Below are positions 50,361 through 62,700 of a DNA stretch of 64,000 nucleotides, piece after piece. The translations under genes were made by a program, and so were the position numbers. The stretch lies in assembly GCF_009914755.1 (NCBI RefSeq), contig NC_060947.1; one strand, given 5' to 3'. The DNA is from the human T2T-CHM13v2.0 reference genome, Homo sapiens. Below the pieces are notes generated by a model that was not told the origin of the DNA, ran no database searches, and saw only the letters and a list, made by a program, of their open reading frames with translations. Within the stretch, counting starts at the first letter, position 1, and every line of letters starts with the position of its first letter.

Positions 50361-52349
50361 CAGGCAGAAGAAAAATTGTACTAGAGATCAGAAGACCTGT
50401 ATTTCAGTTCTGGAGTTTCATGAGTTAGAATAAATACAGTAACATTAAAATTTGTCACTGTTCTTATTTAGACAATGAAGGAAATAATATTTCCCTTTTT
50501 TATATGTTGGTTCTAAAACTCAAATGAGGTAAATATATGGAATTATTTGGTAAGCTATAATTTTATGACATTTTATTGGTTTTTAACTTCTTGATTTTTT
50601 TCTGATTGCACCTATGAAACTATATTTTCTGAAATTTTAATTTTTCTTTCTTCACATGTGTTATCATATTAAAGAAAGCCATAGCCTTAGAACTTTTTCT
50701 TTAAGTCCTTAGCTAATAACTGATACATTTTGACATTCTTGGAAGGTTCATTTGTGTTTGATAATTTACTTCCTGTGAAACACAGAAGGCTAGTATAAGG
50801 GGTGACAAGAATATCATCATGACTGATTGTTGATTTTTTTAGCACATTAACAAATATTCATACTCAGTCTTTGAATTATATTTTTTGGGTTCTTGCCCCC
50901 AATAAAAGATTTTGGGCACTCAAATATCCAGTCCATTTTTTACTCTTACATGGCCAAACTCGAATAATGCCTTCAAATTGGAACATATCTTTATTGTTAG
51001 AAAATATAATTACAAATAACACATGTAAGTAAGGCTCCAAAGTTCTGCAGGTTTCTTCTCTCTGGTTTACTGTTCCTCTTAAAAACATTTTTGTGTAAAA
51101 ACATAAAACTGCAGTTAGCATTTAGACTCTTTTTCATCAAATATAAAAACCCAGCCCAGCTCATGTCCCATTTGGCAACAACCCTTAGACACTTTACTGT
51201 CCTAGACCCCAGAGGAAGGCCATCTTACTCTCAACATGCATTTTATTACCCAGCCCACTCCCAACATTAAAAAAAGCTCCAAAAATTAGATTCCAGCCCT
51301 CAAACCCCACAACAGGACTTAATTAACCTCGCCTTCAAGGTGTACAATAATACAGTAGAGGCAGCCAAGTAGCAACATATTTCTAAGTTGCAATTCCTTG
51401 CCTCCACTGCGAGACAAACCCCAGCCACATCTCCAGCACACAATAACTTCCAAACATCTGAACCGCAGCAGCCAGGCATTCCTCCAGGACTGCCTACCCT
51501 AGGATCTTGCTTCAAGTGCCAGAAATCTGGCCACTGGGCCAACAAATGCCCACAGCCCGGGATTCCTTTTGACCCATGTCCCATCAGTGTGGGAACCCAC
51601 TGGAAATCGGACTGTCCAACCCAGCAGCCACTCCCAGAGTCCCTGGAACTCTGGCCCAAGGCTCTCTGACTGACTCCTTCCCAGATCTTCTCGGCTTAGT
51701 GGCTGAAGACTGACACTGCCCGATCGCCTCAAAAGCCTACAGACACTTTGAGTAACTCTTACAGTGGAGGGTAAGTCCGTCTCCTTTTTAATCAATACCT
51801 GGAGGCTACCCACTCCACATTACCTTCTTTTCAAGGGCCTGTTTCCCTTACCTCCCTAACTGTTGTGGGTATTGACGGCCAGGCTTCTAAACCTCTTAAA
51901 ATTCCCCAACTCTGATGCCAACTTGGACAGTGTTCTTTTATACACTCCTTTTTAGTTATCCCCACTTGCCCAGTTCCCTTATTAGGTCGAGACATTTTGA
52001 CTAAATTATCTGCTTCCCTGACTATTCCTAGGCTACAGCCACACCTCATTGCTGCCCTTTTCCCCAGTTCAAAGCCTCCTTCACATCTTCCTCTCATATC
52101 CCCCCACCTTAACCCACAAGTATAGGACATCTCTACTCCCTCCCTGGCAACCAATCACATTCCCATTACTATCCCATTAAAACATAATCACCCTTACCCT
52201 GCTCAACACCAATATCCCATCCCACAGCATGCTTTAAAAGGATTAAAGCCTGTTATCACTCGCCTGTTACAGCATGGCCTTTTAAAGCCTATAAACTCTC
52301 CTTACAATTCCCCCACTTTACCTTTCCAAAAACTAGACAAGCCTTAATC

Positions 52350-54212
52350 TTGGTTAGTTCAGGATCTGCACCTTATCAACCAAATTGTCTTGCCTATCCA
52401 CCCCGTGGTGCCAAGCCCATATACTCTCCTATCCTCAATACATCCCTTCACAACCCCTCCATAACCCATTATTCCATTCTTGATCTCAAACATGCTTTCT
52501 TTACTATTCCTTTGCACCCTTCATCCCAGACTCTCTTCGCTTTCACTTGGACTGACCCTGACACCCATCAGTCCCAGCAACTTACCTGGGCTGTACTGCT
52601 GCAAGGCTTCAGGGACAGCCCTCATTACTTCAGCCAAGCTCTTTCTCGTGATTTACTTTCTTTCCACCCCTCTGCTTCTCACCTTATTCAATATATTGAT
52701 AACCTTCTACTTTGTAGCCCCTCCTTTGAATCTTCTCAACAAGACACCCTCCTGCTCCTTCAACATTTATTCTCCAAAGGATATCGGGTATCCCCCTCCA
52801 AAGCTCAAATTTCTTCTCCATCCGTTACCTACCTCGGCATAATTCTTCATAAAAACACACCTGCTCTCCCTGCCGTTTGTGTCCGATTGATCTCTCAAAC
52901 GCTGACCCCTTCTACAAAACAACAACTCCTTTCCTTCCTGGGCATGGTTGGATACTTTCACCTTTGGATACCTAACAAAACCATTTTTGTTTTTGCCATC
53001 CTAACAAAACCATTATATAAACTCACAAAAGGAAATCTAGCTGATCCCATAGATCCTAAATCCTTTCCCCACTCCTGTTTCCGTTCCTTGAAGACAGCTT
53101 TAGAGACTGCTCCCACACTAGCTCTCCCTGACTCATCCCAACCCTTTTCATTACACACAGCTGAAGTGCAGGGCTATGCAGTCAGAATTCTTACACAAGG
53201 ACCGGGACTGCACCCTGTAGCCTTTTTGTCCAAACAACTTGACCTTACTGTTTTAGGCTGGCCATCATGTCTCCATGCAGCGGCCGCTCCCGCCCTAATA
53301 CTTTTGGAGGCCCTCAAAATCACAAACTATGCTCAACTCACTCTCTACAGTTCTCATAACTTCCAAAATCTATTTTCTTCCTCACACCTGACACATATAC
53401 TTTGTGCTCCCCAGTTCCTTCAGCTATACTCACTCTTTGTTGAGTCTCCCACAGTTACCATTGTTCCTGGCCCAGACTTCAATTCGGCCTCCCACATTAT
53501 TCCTGATACCACACCTGACCCCCATGACTGTATCTCTCTGATACACCTGGCATTCACTCCATTTCCCCATATTTCCTTCTTTCCTATTCCTCACCCTGAT
53601 CACACCTGGTTTATTGATGGCAGTTCCACCAGGCCTAATCGCTACACACCAGCAAAGGCAGGCTATGTTATAGTATATTCGAAATCTATCATTGAGGCTA
53701 CCGCTCTGCCCCGCTCCACTACCTCTCAGCAAACCAAACTCATTGCCTTAACTCGAGCCCTCACTCTTGCAAAGGAACTACATGTCAATGTTTATACTGA
53801 CTCTAAATATGCCTTCCATATCCTGTACCACCCTGCTGTTATATGGGCAAAAAGAGGTTTCCTCACTACACAAGGGTCCTCCATCATTAGTATCTCTTTA
53901 ATAAAAACTCTTCTCAAGGTAGCTTTACTTCCAAAAAAAAAAAAAAAAACTAGAGTCATTCACTGCAAGGGCCATCAAAAGGCATCAGATCCCATCACTC
54001 AGGGCAGTGCTTATGCTGATAATGTAGCTAAAAAAGCAGCTAGTGTTCCAACTTCTATCCTTCATGGCAGTTTTTCTCCTTGGCACCGGTCACTTCCACC
54101 TATCAGTCTCTTCACACACAAGGCAAATGGTTCTTGGACCAAGGAAAATATCTCCTTCCAGCCTCACAGGCCCATTCTATTCTGTTGTCATTTCATAACG
54201 TCTTCCTTGTAG
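52350..54212 (+). pseudogene. pol: HERV-H pol RT-RNase H frame (620 codons), probably non-functional
   Basis: LDLKHAFF, QGFRDSP, YIDN (YxDD mutated), RNase H FIDGSS / YTDSKY / HCKGHQ; integrase lies in other frames (VDTF, IQSNNG, SSGKVE at 54445-54813). Confidence 0.85.
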
Positions 54213-55185
54213 GTTACAAGCCACTAGCCCGCCTCTTAGAACCTCTCATTTCTTTTCCATCATGGAAATCTATCCTCAAGGAAATCACTTCTCAGTATTT
54301 CATCTGCTATTCTACTACTCCTCAGGGATTGTTCAGGCCCTGTGACCTCCCTTCCCTACACATCAAGCTCAGGGATTTGCCCCTGCCCAGGACTGGCAAA
54401 CTGACTTTACTCACAAGCCCCAAGCTAGGAAACTAAAATACCTCTTGGTCTGGGTAGACACTTTCACTTCATGGGTAGAGGCCTTTCCCACAGGGTCTGA
54501 GAAGGCCACCACAGTCATTTCTTCCCTTCTGTCAGATATAATTCCTGGGTTTGGCCTTCCTACCTCTATACAGTCCAATAACGGACTGTCCTTTGTTAGT
54601 CAAATCACCCAAGCAGTTTCTCAGGCTCTTGGTATTCAGTGGAACCTTCATACCCCTTACCATCCTCAATCTTCAGGAAAGGTAGAACTGACTAATGGTC
54701 TTTTAAAAGCACACCTCACCAAGCTCAGCCTCCAACTTAAAAAGGAGGATTCTGTCAAGGATAGAGCCCAAAAACTCACCAACCAAGCAAGTAATTACAC
54801 TGAACCCTCTTGAGTACTCTAATTGGATGTCCTGGGTCCTCCTAATTCTTAGTCCTTTAATACCTGTTTTTCTCCTTCTCTTATTTGGGCCTTGTGTCTT
54901 TCATTTAGTTTCCCAATTCATACAAAACCGCATCCAGGCTATCACCAATGAGTCTATACAACAAATGCTACTTCTAACAACCCCACAATATCACCCCTTA
55001 CCACGAAATCTTCCTTCAGTTTAATATCTCCCATTGTAGGTTCCCATGCCACCCCTAATCCCGCTCAAAGTAGACCTGAAAAATATCGCCCATTATCTCT
55101 CCATACCATCCCCCAAAATTTTTGCCACCCCAACACTTCACCACTATTTTGTTTTGTTTTTCTTATTAATATAAGAAGACAGGAA

Positions 55186-55489
55186 TGTCAGGCCTCTGAG
55201 CCCAAGCTAAGCCATCATATCCCCTGTGACTTGCACGTATACATCCAGATGGCCTGTTCCTGCCTTAACTGATGACATTACCTTGTGAAATTCCTTCTCC
55301 TGGCTCAGAAGCTCCCATACTGAGCACCTTGTGACCCCCACCCCTGTCCGCCAGAGAACAACCCCCTTTGACTGTAATTTTCCATTGCCTACCCAAATCC
55401 TATAAAACGACCCCACTGCGATCTCCCTTCATTGACTCTCTTTTTGGACTCAACCCTCCTGCACCCAGGGGAAATAAACAGCCTAGTTG
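55186..55489 (+). promoter_or_regulatory. LTR7-family U3-R without U5
   Basis: Polypurine tract AAGAAGACAGGAA then TGTCAGGCCTCTGAGCCCAAGC; TATAAAA at 55401; AATAAA at 55473-55478. Confidence 0.9.
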
Positions 55490-58400
55490 AAAAACAAAAA
55501 ACATAAAACTGAATGAAGCTAATTTCACCAAAGAATATATATATTTAAGTAAATCAAGCATTGGACTGTTACACAGCATTAGGCTACTTAATAGTCTCAA
55601 TTTGGCTTTTATTGGCTTAAACTATATTGATGATTTGCTATACCTGAACTGTCTATCGCAGCAATATATTTCTTGGTAAATATAGAATGAAAGAAAAAAA
55701 AAGCCCAAGCAGAAGAAAGGTGGTTTTCCCCATCAGGGGAAAAATGGTTTCTGGTTTGTCAGTTCTACAAAAGAGAATGGTGCTTTTTTCCAAGTGGTGG
55801 AAGTAGGCTTATTTGGCTTCTTCTTTTAATAGAAGCTTGTTTCTTCTTCATGATGGTCATCTGTCCTGACAGATAGTCCTTTAACTTGCTTATGAATTTT
55901 AGAAAATTCTTTGGATCATGTTGTGTTTGTATATGTATTTGTTCTTTGTCATTGCTATGCCACATTTATTTTAGTTTACCTCCCTCTCTCTTTCTGTCTG
56001 TCTAGTCAGACAATCTTGAGGATTAATTTCTGAAAAGCTAGCAAAGGCTAATATTCTTTTTTAATCACTTTCACTACCTCTGTCTTCTATAAAGATTTAA
56101 CTCCGAGGGGTTTATGTAATTAACAGTCACCAATTCTGCTTGTTTTTACCCCTCTACAAGGAAATAGACTAAATAGCCAAGTTGCAAGATACCACTGCTT
56201 CTTTTAAGAGTGATGGGTTTCCCAGGTGATACTTGAAAGAAGAGATAACGACCACCTATCTCCTTCATCCTGGTTACACAGGAAGGTAGGTGAGTAGAAG
56301 CTCCTCTAGGATACATATCTACATTTGCACTATTATGTGACTCACTTTATCTGCTTCTTCAAAACATTGCTTCTTATTATGTTTACCTATGTGATGACAG
56401 TCAACTCACAAAAATAGCTACTATTCAGTGATGAGTACATAATGAAAAACTTGGAAGATCAGGAAAATGCTTTCTCCCTTGAGGATCTTACAAGATATTT
56501 AGCAGATATTTATTGAGCATCTACTACATGTAAGGCTTAGCACAGGGCCTTAGAGATGAATAACACTCACCCTGTCCTCGTGAAGCTCAGTATAGCAGAA
56601 TGAAAGCTAGTCAGAACTTTCTTCTTAGTGTCCTTCCTGACTGTGGAGGCAACTTGTGACCCTTTTCTTGGCTACCCACAAAGATATTGTTATTGCATCT
56701 ATAAATCATTAAAACTGTAGAATCAGAAGGGGACTTCTCAGGAGCAGATATAGGTACACAAGACTGACTCTTTCATCATGATAGTTGTGGCAACAAGGAG
56801 CTGCAAATAACATGTTTGCTAGTATGGCCAGCTCAAATCTCAGTGCTTCATGGGAACAGATTTTTCCACAGGTTGATAATACAAAGTTGGGCAGTAACCC
56901 TCAGATCCCTACAATATCAACTCTAGAAAAGCACCTCACTCTTGAACATGTCGCACATCTAATAGAGAGTTATGAGTATATTTACATAAAGCTACATACC
57001 ATTTTTTTGAAATTTGCTTATGTATAAATGAACTGTGGAATATACTTTCTAATAATTTCAGATTAAATAAGATTTCCAGTTTCTTCTCGATTTTAACTGA
57101 TTTTTTTTTTACCTATCCAGTAACCTTGATTCAGATGTTTTATTCACACAGTAAACAAATTTTCCAAGGCATTCTTAATTTCAAATATTCCCTTTCATTA
57201 TCTTTCTAAACCTTCAGAATATCCCAAAACTTCTAATTTTTTTCTTTTGTTTTATCTATTTATTTTCTTGACACACCCTTAGGAGGTCTTAATTTCATGT
57301 GTCCTGAAATTCTAATTTTTTGATATCTAAATTACACCTCCTGGATTGCATCCGGCACCAAGAAACAACACAAAACCCTCATGTGTCAGAATTTATGGCC
57401 TGATTTGGAGTTTGGAAAACACAGTCACTATACTACTAAAAGTAATCTTTAAGGAATGGAAAAATTCCCAAAGCTGGGTAGTGGGAAGAATAATAAGACC
57501 CTCCACAAACCTTTGTTAGGCCATACTTTGCTTCTGGACCATAGTTTAATGATCTGACTTCTAGATAGAAAACATTTTTTGAACCACCTAAAATTATAAA
57601 ATGTCAAGTGGTTATTAGTGTAACGATTAACATTTTAATTTTAATGTTCTCAAAATGACTTATTTTATTTTGGAGTGAGGTAGAAAGGGATGGCTATTCT
57701 TATTCAAGTGTTTTTTTGTTTGTATGTTTCTGTCAAGTTTGTAAACTGCAAATGTCTTTTCATTTAATTGGATCAGAAAATTCTCATGGTGAAAATGTGA
57801 TGTATTTCAAGTAGTTAGGAATTCATGTTTATTCTAAATTGTGGTCTTTTAAGATTTATGATCTTATTTTGTTTTGCATAAAAGGTCAAAAAGAGGAAGT
57901 AGTCATACCTAATCTGTAAATCATAGGATATATATAAAAACATTTTGCTACTTAATAAAATTTAGATAATAGTTATTAAATTCACTGTTCATCCGTGGTT
58001 CTCTTTTTGAAAAATGGTATTATTTATAATTTATGTAAATATAGTTCAAAATTATACATGTAACTCAGCTATTATTCTTTTAGACTGAATCTTACAGTCA
58101 CAAAATAAGTTTTCTTAGGCTTGTGGAATATTCTCAGGCTCAATATGTATAAAAGACTAAAAAAGTGCTACATCTTGGATTAGCACAATTATTGAATAAT
58201 TAGCACAATTATCTCAGCCTTTGAGATCCAAATATCTTTCTGCCCAAATTATAATACTGAACTTTAAATGGGTAAAAGGTGTTTCAGTGGTCGATTTATC
58301 AAGTTCTCATCATAGGTTTGCCTTCTGCTCATTGAATCTATTTTACCCAAGGCTATGGACTCCTTTTGGCATTTCTGCCTCAGCAACAGAGGATAAAAGT

Positions 58401-58789
58401 CATGTTGTGATGGATAAGTCACAAAAGTAAAAAATACAGACGTGGACTACAGGCCTCCAAAGAAGAATTGAGCATGCTGAGGATCGATGCCAGACATTGG
58501 ACATTTTTGAGGTGTTAAGAGGTGGGTACTTTAGTGGTTGTTGTTGTTGTTGTGTGTGTGTGTTTGAAAGAGTAAACTATAGTGAGATAATCTGTGTAAT
58601 ATGAAAAGTTAAGGCATTTTATTTATAAGAAAGTGAAGCTTCCTTCCAGAAAGATTGAGGCATCAAAGCGGTGGTGAAAATCTGAACAACTCAGTTAATA
58701 AAATTATCTTCTTAGGTTGAAAATATGTAGGCTTTTGGAATTAACAGGAAATCATCATAGGAAGGGGTGAGAGGAAAGGGAATATCACT

Positions 58790-58990
58790 TGTGGAACTTT
58801 ACAAATCAAGTACCAAGAGCTTTACATGTGTTATCACATTTAATCCTCATAGCAATCCTATGGTGTAGGTATTATCATCTCCATTTTACAAATTAAAAAA
58901 CTATCTTAAGCAGGTTATTTGACTTGCCTAAGATCATATAGATATTAAGTTTAGGGTTTTGTTTTATATCCAAATCTCTCTGACTTCTAA
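58790..58990 (-). mobile_element. MIR
   Basis: CATTTAATCCTCATAGCAATCCTATGGTGTAGGTATTATCATCTCCATTTTACAAAT...GACTTGCCTAAGATCA. Confidence 0.75.
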
Positions 58991-59470
58991 CTCTGTGCTT
59001 AGAAAGATCTAAATATCTAAGAGAAAACTGTGACTATCATTTCATGCTTTTCTTATGAAGAATTCTACCTCTACTTCATTGTGCCCCTACTTTATTTAGT
59101 TTTTGGAGGAAAGTTTTTCACGTGGTATATTCAGAAAATACTTTACAACCACAATATATGCAACTTTAAAAAAATTGCACTAGAGAAAGAAGCATCCATT
59201 CTCAGGAATAAAGCATCTATGTTTTTTTTTCCTTCTGCATTTTTCCATATATTATTAATACATAAGTGAGAACCAAAATTTCCAGAATAAGTGTATCCTT
59301 TGTAAGTGTAGAATCAAGCCTTTCCAACTTTTGAGATCTGTTTGTTTAGCTAAATCAGCAATGCAAGGTTAATTCTGACTGATTCTAGACTTGTGTTGCA
59401 TACTTTTGGACACTTGATCAGTCTAAGCAATTGAAGCCTCTTCTTATAATTTAGGAGTATTTAGGTACCT

Positions 59471-59638
59471 GGCCAGGCTTGGTGGCTGTCTGGGCATGGT
59501 GGCTTATGCCTGCAATCGCAGCATTTTGGGAGGCCTAAGCGAGAGGATCACTTGAGCTCAGGAGTTCAAGACCAGCCTGAGCAACATAGTGAGACCCTCG
59601 TCTATATTGAAAAAGAAAAAGAAGAGGAAGAAAAAAAG
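59471..59638 (+). mobile_element. FLAM/Alu monomer with duplicated 5' head
   Basis: GGCCAGGCTTGGTGGCT then CTGGGCATGGTGGCTTATGCCTG...GAGACCCTCGTCT and A-rich tail. Confidence 0.85.
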
Positions 59639-59789
59639 TATTCATATAGTTTCGAAGAAAGGTTAAGATATGTCTGTTTTTGTTTAGTTACAATCTTTAG
59701 AACTTCTTCCACATGGCATTTATTAATTTGTAGTCGCATCTTTAGTAATATTTTTCAGAATTCATTAAGTATGGCAAAATCATAGGCCA

Positions 59790-60000
59790 TTATGGTATAG
59801 TGGAAAGATCCCTTCATTTGAGGTCAGAGAATCTAGGTTGAACTCTTAGTTCTCTTGTTTACTGTGTAAAGTTTGGCTATTAATTTACTCTCTCGGAGTC
59901 TCAGTTTTCTCATCTGTAACATGAGAATAATCCTTACCTCATATATTTGTTGTGAAAATAACTTGAAATAAAAAATATGAAAGTACTTTGTAGGCAATAA
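59790..60000 (+). mobile_element. MIR
   Basis: GGTATAGTGGAAAGA...TCTCAGTTTTCTCATCTGTAACATGAGAATAAT core. Confidence 0.75.
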
Positions 60001-60394
60001 CATTCTATCATAATGTGAGGAGAAATTGAATAAAATGAACACTAAAGGAATATTTACCATATGCTAGTCACTAACTTATTTTCTATTTGTTGCTCCAGCA
60101 AGACCAATATCTATATATCCCTAAGGAAAAAATAACATGACCTTCAGCCTTGGGTCACATTTTCTGGTTGTCCTACCTGTTGCCCCAGCAGCCATGCAAT
60201 AGTTTACAATCTACTGGCAGGAAGGTAAAATGTGTGAAAGAATTGCCTTCTAGGTCATTCTCTTTGTGAAAAGTAATCTACCACCAAGGAGAAGCCTGCT
60301 TAACAGTTCATATTAAAATCTTGGCTCAAAGCAGTGAATGAAAAGTTAGAGGTGAACAGTAGTTTCATAACAAAGCCCAACAGGACCATTTAGG

Positions 60395-60590
60395 TAAGAC
60401 ATTGTAGTAGAGTAGGAAATACATTGAATGGGAAGAAAGGGGACCAGAGTTCCAATCCTGATTTTACCACTGCCTAATTGTATAACCTAAAAAAAGTTTA
60501 TTTTTCCTCTTGGCCTCACTGTCCCCTTTTATACAGTAATGTGGGATGGACTAGATTATCTCTAAGGTCTATTCCAACATTGATATTCTA
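60395..60590 (+). mobile_element. MIR3/MIR-like
   Basis: GAGTTCCAATCCTG...GGCCTCACTGTCC...GGACTAGATTATCTCTAAGGTC. Confidence 0.55.
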
Positions 60591-60764
60591 ATATCCTATT
60601 CTTAATTTTAATAGAAAGATTTAAATTATATATTGAATTTTTAGGATGCTATTTTATACCTCAAAAGGAAAAAGAAAAAAATGCACAAATTATTTCTCTG
60701 TTGTGAATTATAATACACATTCACTTACATTAATAGCTTTATCGGAGGTAGAATTAGCATAATC

Positions 60765-60975
60765 CTTTACATTTTCAAAGTATTTTAAATATCCACCATC
60801 TCATTTGAGTCTCATAATAATGACAATATTTTATTATTTATCTTTACATACTAAATTAAGTAATTGAGCCTCAAGGATGTTAAAGGTCTGTACAGTCACA
60901 TAGCCAGTACACGATGGATCCAGAAATCCAACTGTGGTCTATTTCTAAGCCCAGTTTTTTTTTCCACTACCACAA
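60765..60975 (-). mobile_element. MIR
   Basis: ATCTCATTTGAGTCTCATAATA...GTCACATAGCCAGTA. Confidence 0.55.
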
Positions 60976-61946
60976 GCTGTACATTATTTTATCCAGGCTT
61001 AGAATAAATGGAACTCATCTGGAAAATGAATTAAAAAGGGAAGAGTCACTGTTATTTATGTATGCTAAAAGTATGAACAGGTAAGAATACTTAAGAATAA
61101 GGACAATGTTTTATATTCTTTTAAAAAATTCTTCAGACTTGAGACTGAAGCTCTGAACAAGATGCAAGCAAATGTACAAATAAAATATTAATGCATCTTT
61201 CAGAGCTCTAGACATTATGAAAGATTAAAGAAATAGTATTTGTAAAGCCCTTTAATATCATTTGAAGAAAGTGGTTATTTAAATATAATATTTGGAGCTG
61301 TAACACTCAGGCATACAACAGAAAGAGAAAGAATAAAGAACGGGATATAAGAAGATGTCAATTTTTCTAGGGGATTGTCTATCACAGTCCTTGTGTTAGT
61401 GTAGACTTTTTAGAAACTGCCAAAGAAGTGTACCTCACACTTCTTTCACTAACCTCCAACCAAAAGTAATTGCAAACTTTAAGGGATTTAAAGTGAGTTC
61501 TCTCTGTCAATGAGTGTACTGACTGCTTGTTATTCGTGTCATAGCAACAATAAAAGCCACCAATAGAGAGTTTGTGTTTAAAATTGGTATTAATAATGAT
61601 TTCAGAAAATGTGTAGTTTCTGGGGAAGCCTATTCGTTAAAATCAAAGAAACTACATTTCCCTTTTTGACAAATAAATGATTTGTGAAGATGGAAGCCAT
61701 TAACTTGCTTATTAGCATGTTGAAATTTTAATTAGATCCAGCAAAAGTATTTTAGATTCAAAGGCTCTGAAAGTTGATATTAGATGATGAGACTATATGT
61801 AGAAGCCTAGTGCTCCAAAAACATGCATTCCAAGCCTTCCAAGTCCAAGTAAATGTAGGTATCAAATATTATGAATTCAACTGTGTTGGGGAAGCAACAG
61901 AGGTTTAAGATAAGTGCACTGACATCATGGGGCTTTCAGCCTGATT

Positions 61947-62195
61947 GCGGACATATTTTAAGAAAGGAGGGAGGGAAGAAGAGAGGACAGGAGAGAGGAA
62001 GGGAGGAAGGGAAGGAAGGAAGGAAAGGAAGGAAGGAAGGAAGGAAGGAAGGAAGGAAGGAAGGAAGGAAAACATGTCAATTTGAATGCGGACATATTTT
62101 AAGAAAGGAAGGGAGGGAAGAAGAGTGGACAGGAGAGAGGGAGAGAGGAAGGGAGGAAGGGAGGAAGGAAGGAAGGAAAGGAAGGAAGGAAAACT
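61947..62195. repeat. Two-copy ~140-bp tandem duplication with (GGAA)n arrays
   Basis: TGCGGACATATTTT...AAGAAAGGA at 61947 and 62087; 11 consecutive GGAA at 62027-62070. Confidence 0.9.
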
Positions 62196-62224
62196 TTCAA
62201 TTTTCTTATTTGATAAACCAAACG

Positions 62225-62380
62225 ATATTGAGAGGTAAGGATTGTTATCCACATTTCACAGATGGGGAAACTGAGGTTTGGAGAACTAGATAACCTGTAT
62301 AAAATCACACAAGTATGCATCAAGGTCAGATAGGAATCAAATTCATTAAATGTAAAATCTATCCTTGTCTTTTTACATTG
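62225..62380 (-). mobile_element. MIR
   Basis: TTATCCACATTTCACAGATGGGGAAACTGAGG core. Confidence 0.7.
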
Positions 62381-62700
62381 CTAAATTACAATACACAGGA
62401 AAAGACTGAAAAAGAAAAAATAGCATGTCAGTAGTAAAATACATAAAACTGACTTTACAGTAAGAATTCAGAGAAGAGTGAACTGAATTCAAGCTGGACA
62501 TTAATCAGTCCATGATTTTCTTGTGAAAAATATAGTTCCTATGGTGGGCCTTGTAGATTTTCTAAATAGAGAAAAAGGAAGAAAGAATAATGTATCTGAG
62601 TCTGTTTCTTCAGGAATCCCTGTTCAACAGGGATTATGCCATTCACCCCACAGTACGATTGTAAGGATTGAAAGAGATAGCATATGTAAAACCATTTTGT

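Larger units (their letters stand above)
51112..55496 (+). mobile_element. HERV-H, 5'-truncated processed (L1-retroposed) copy: gag 3' part-pro-pol-env remnant-U3-R-polyA
   Basis: Gag zinc knuckle CFKCQKSGHWANKC; pol motifs; LTR7 from 55186; exact TSD AAAAACATAAAACTG at 51097-51111 and 55497-55511. Confidence 0.92.

Noticed and set aside
54827-55024. Hydrophobic env-like peptide (LLLLFGPCVF)
   Set aside because: Only the TM C-terminal remnant typical of env-deleted HERV-H; not an env gene
61871-62293. 140-aa ORF rich in G/R/K/E
   Set aside because: Translation of the GGAA repeat
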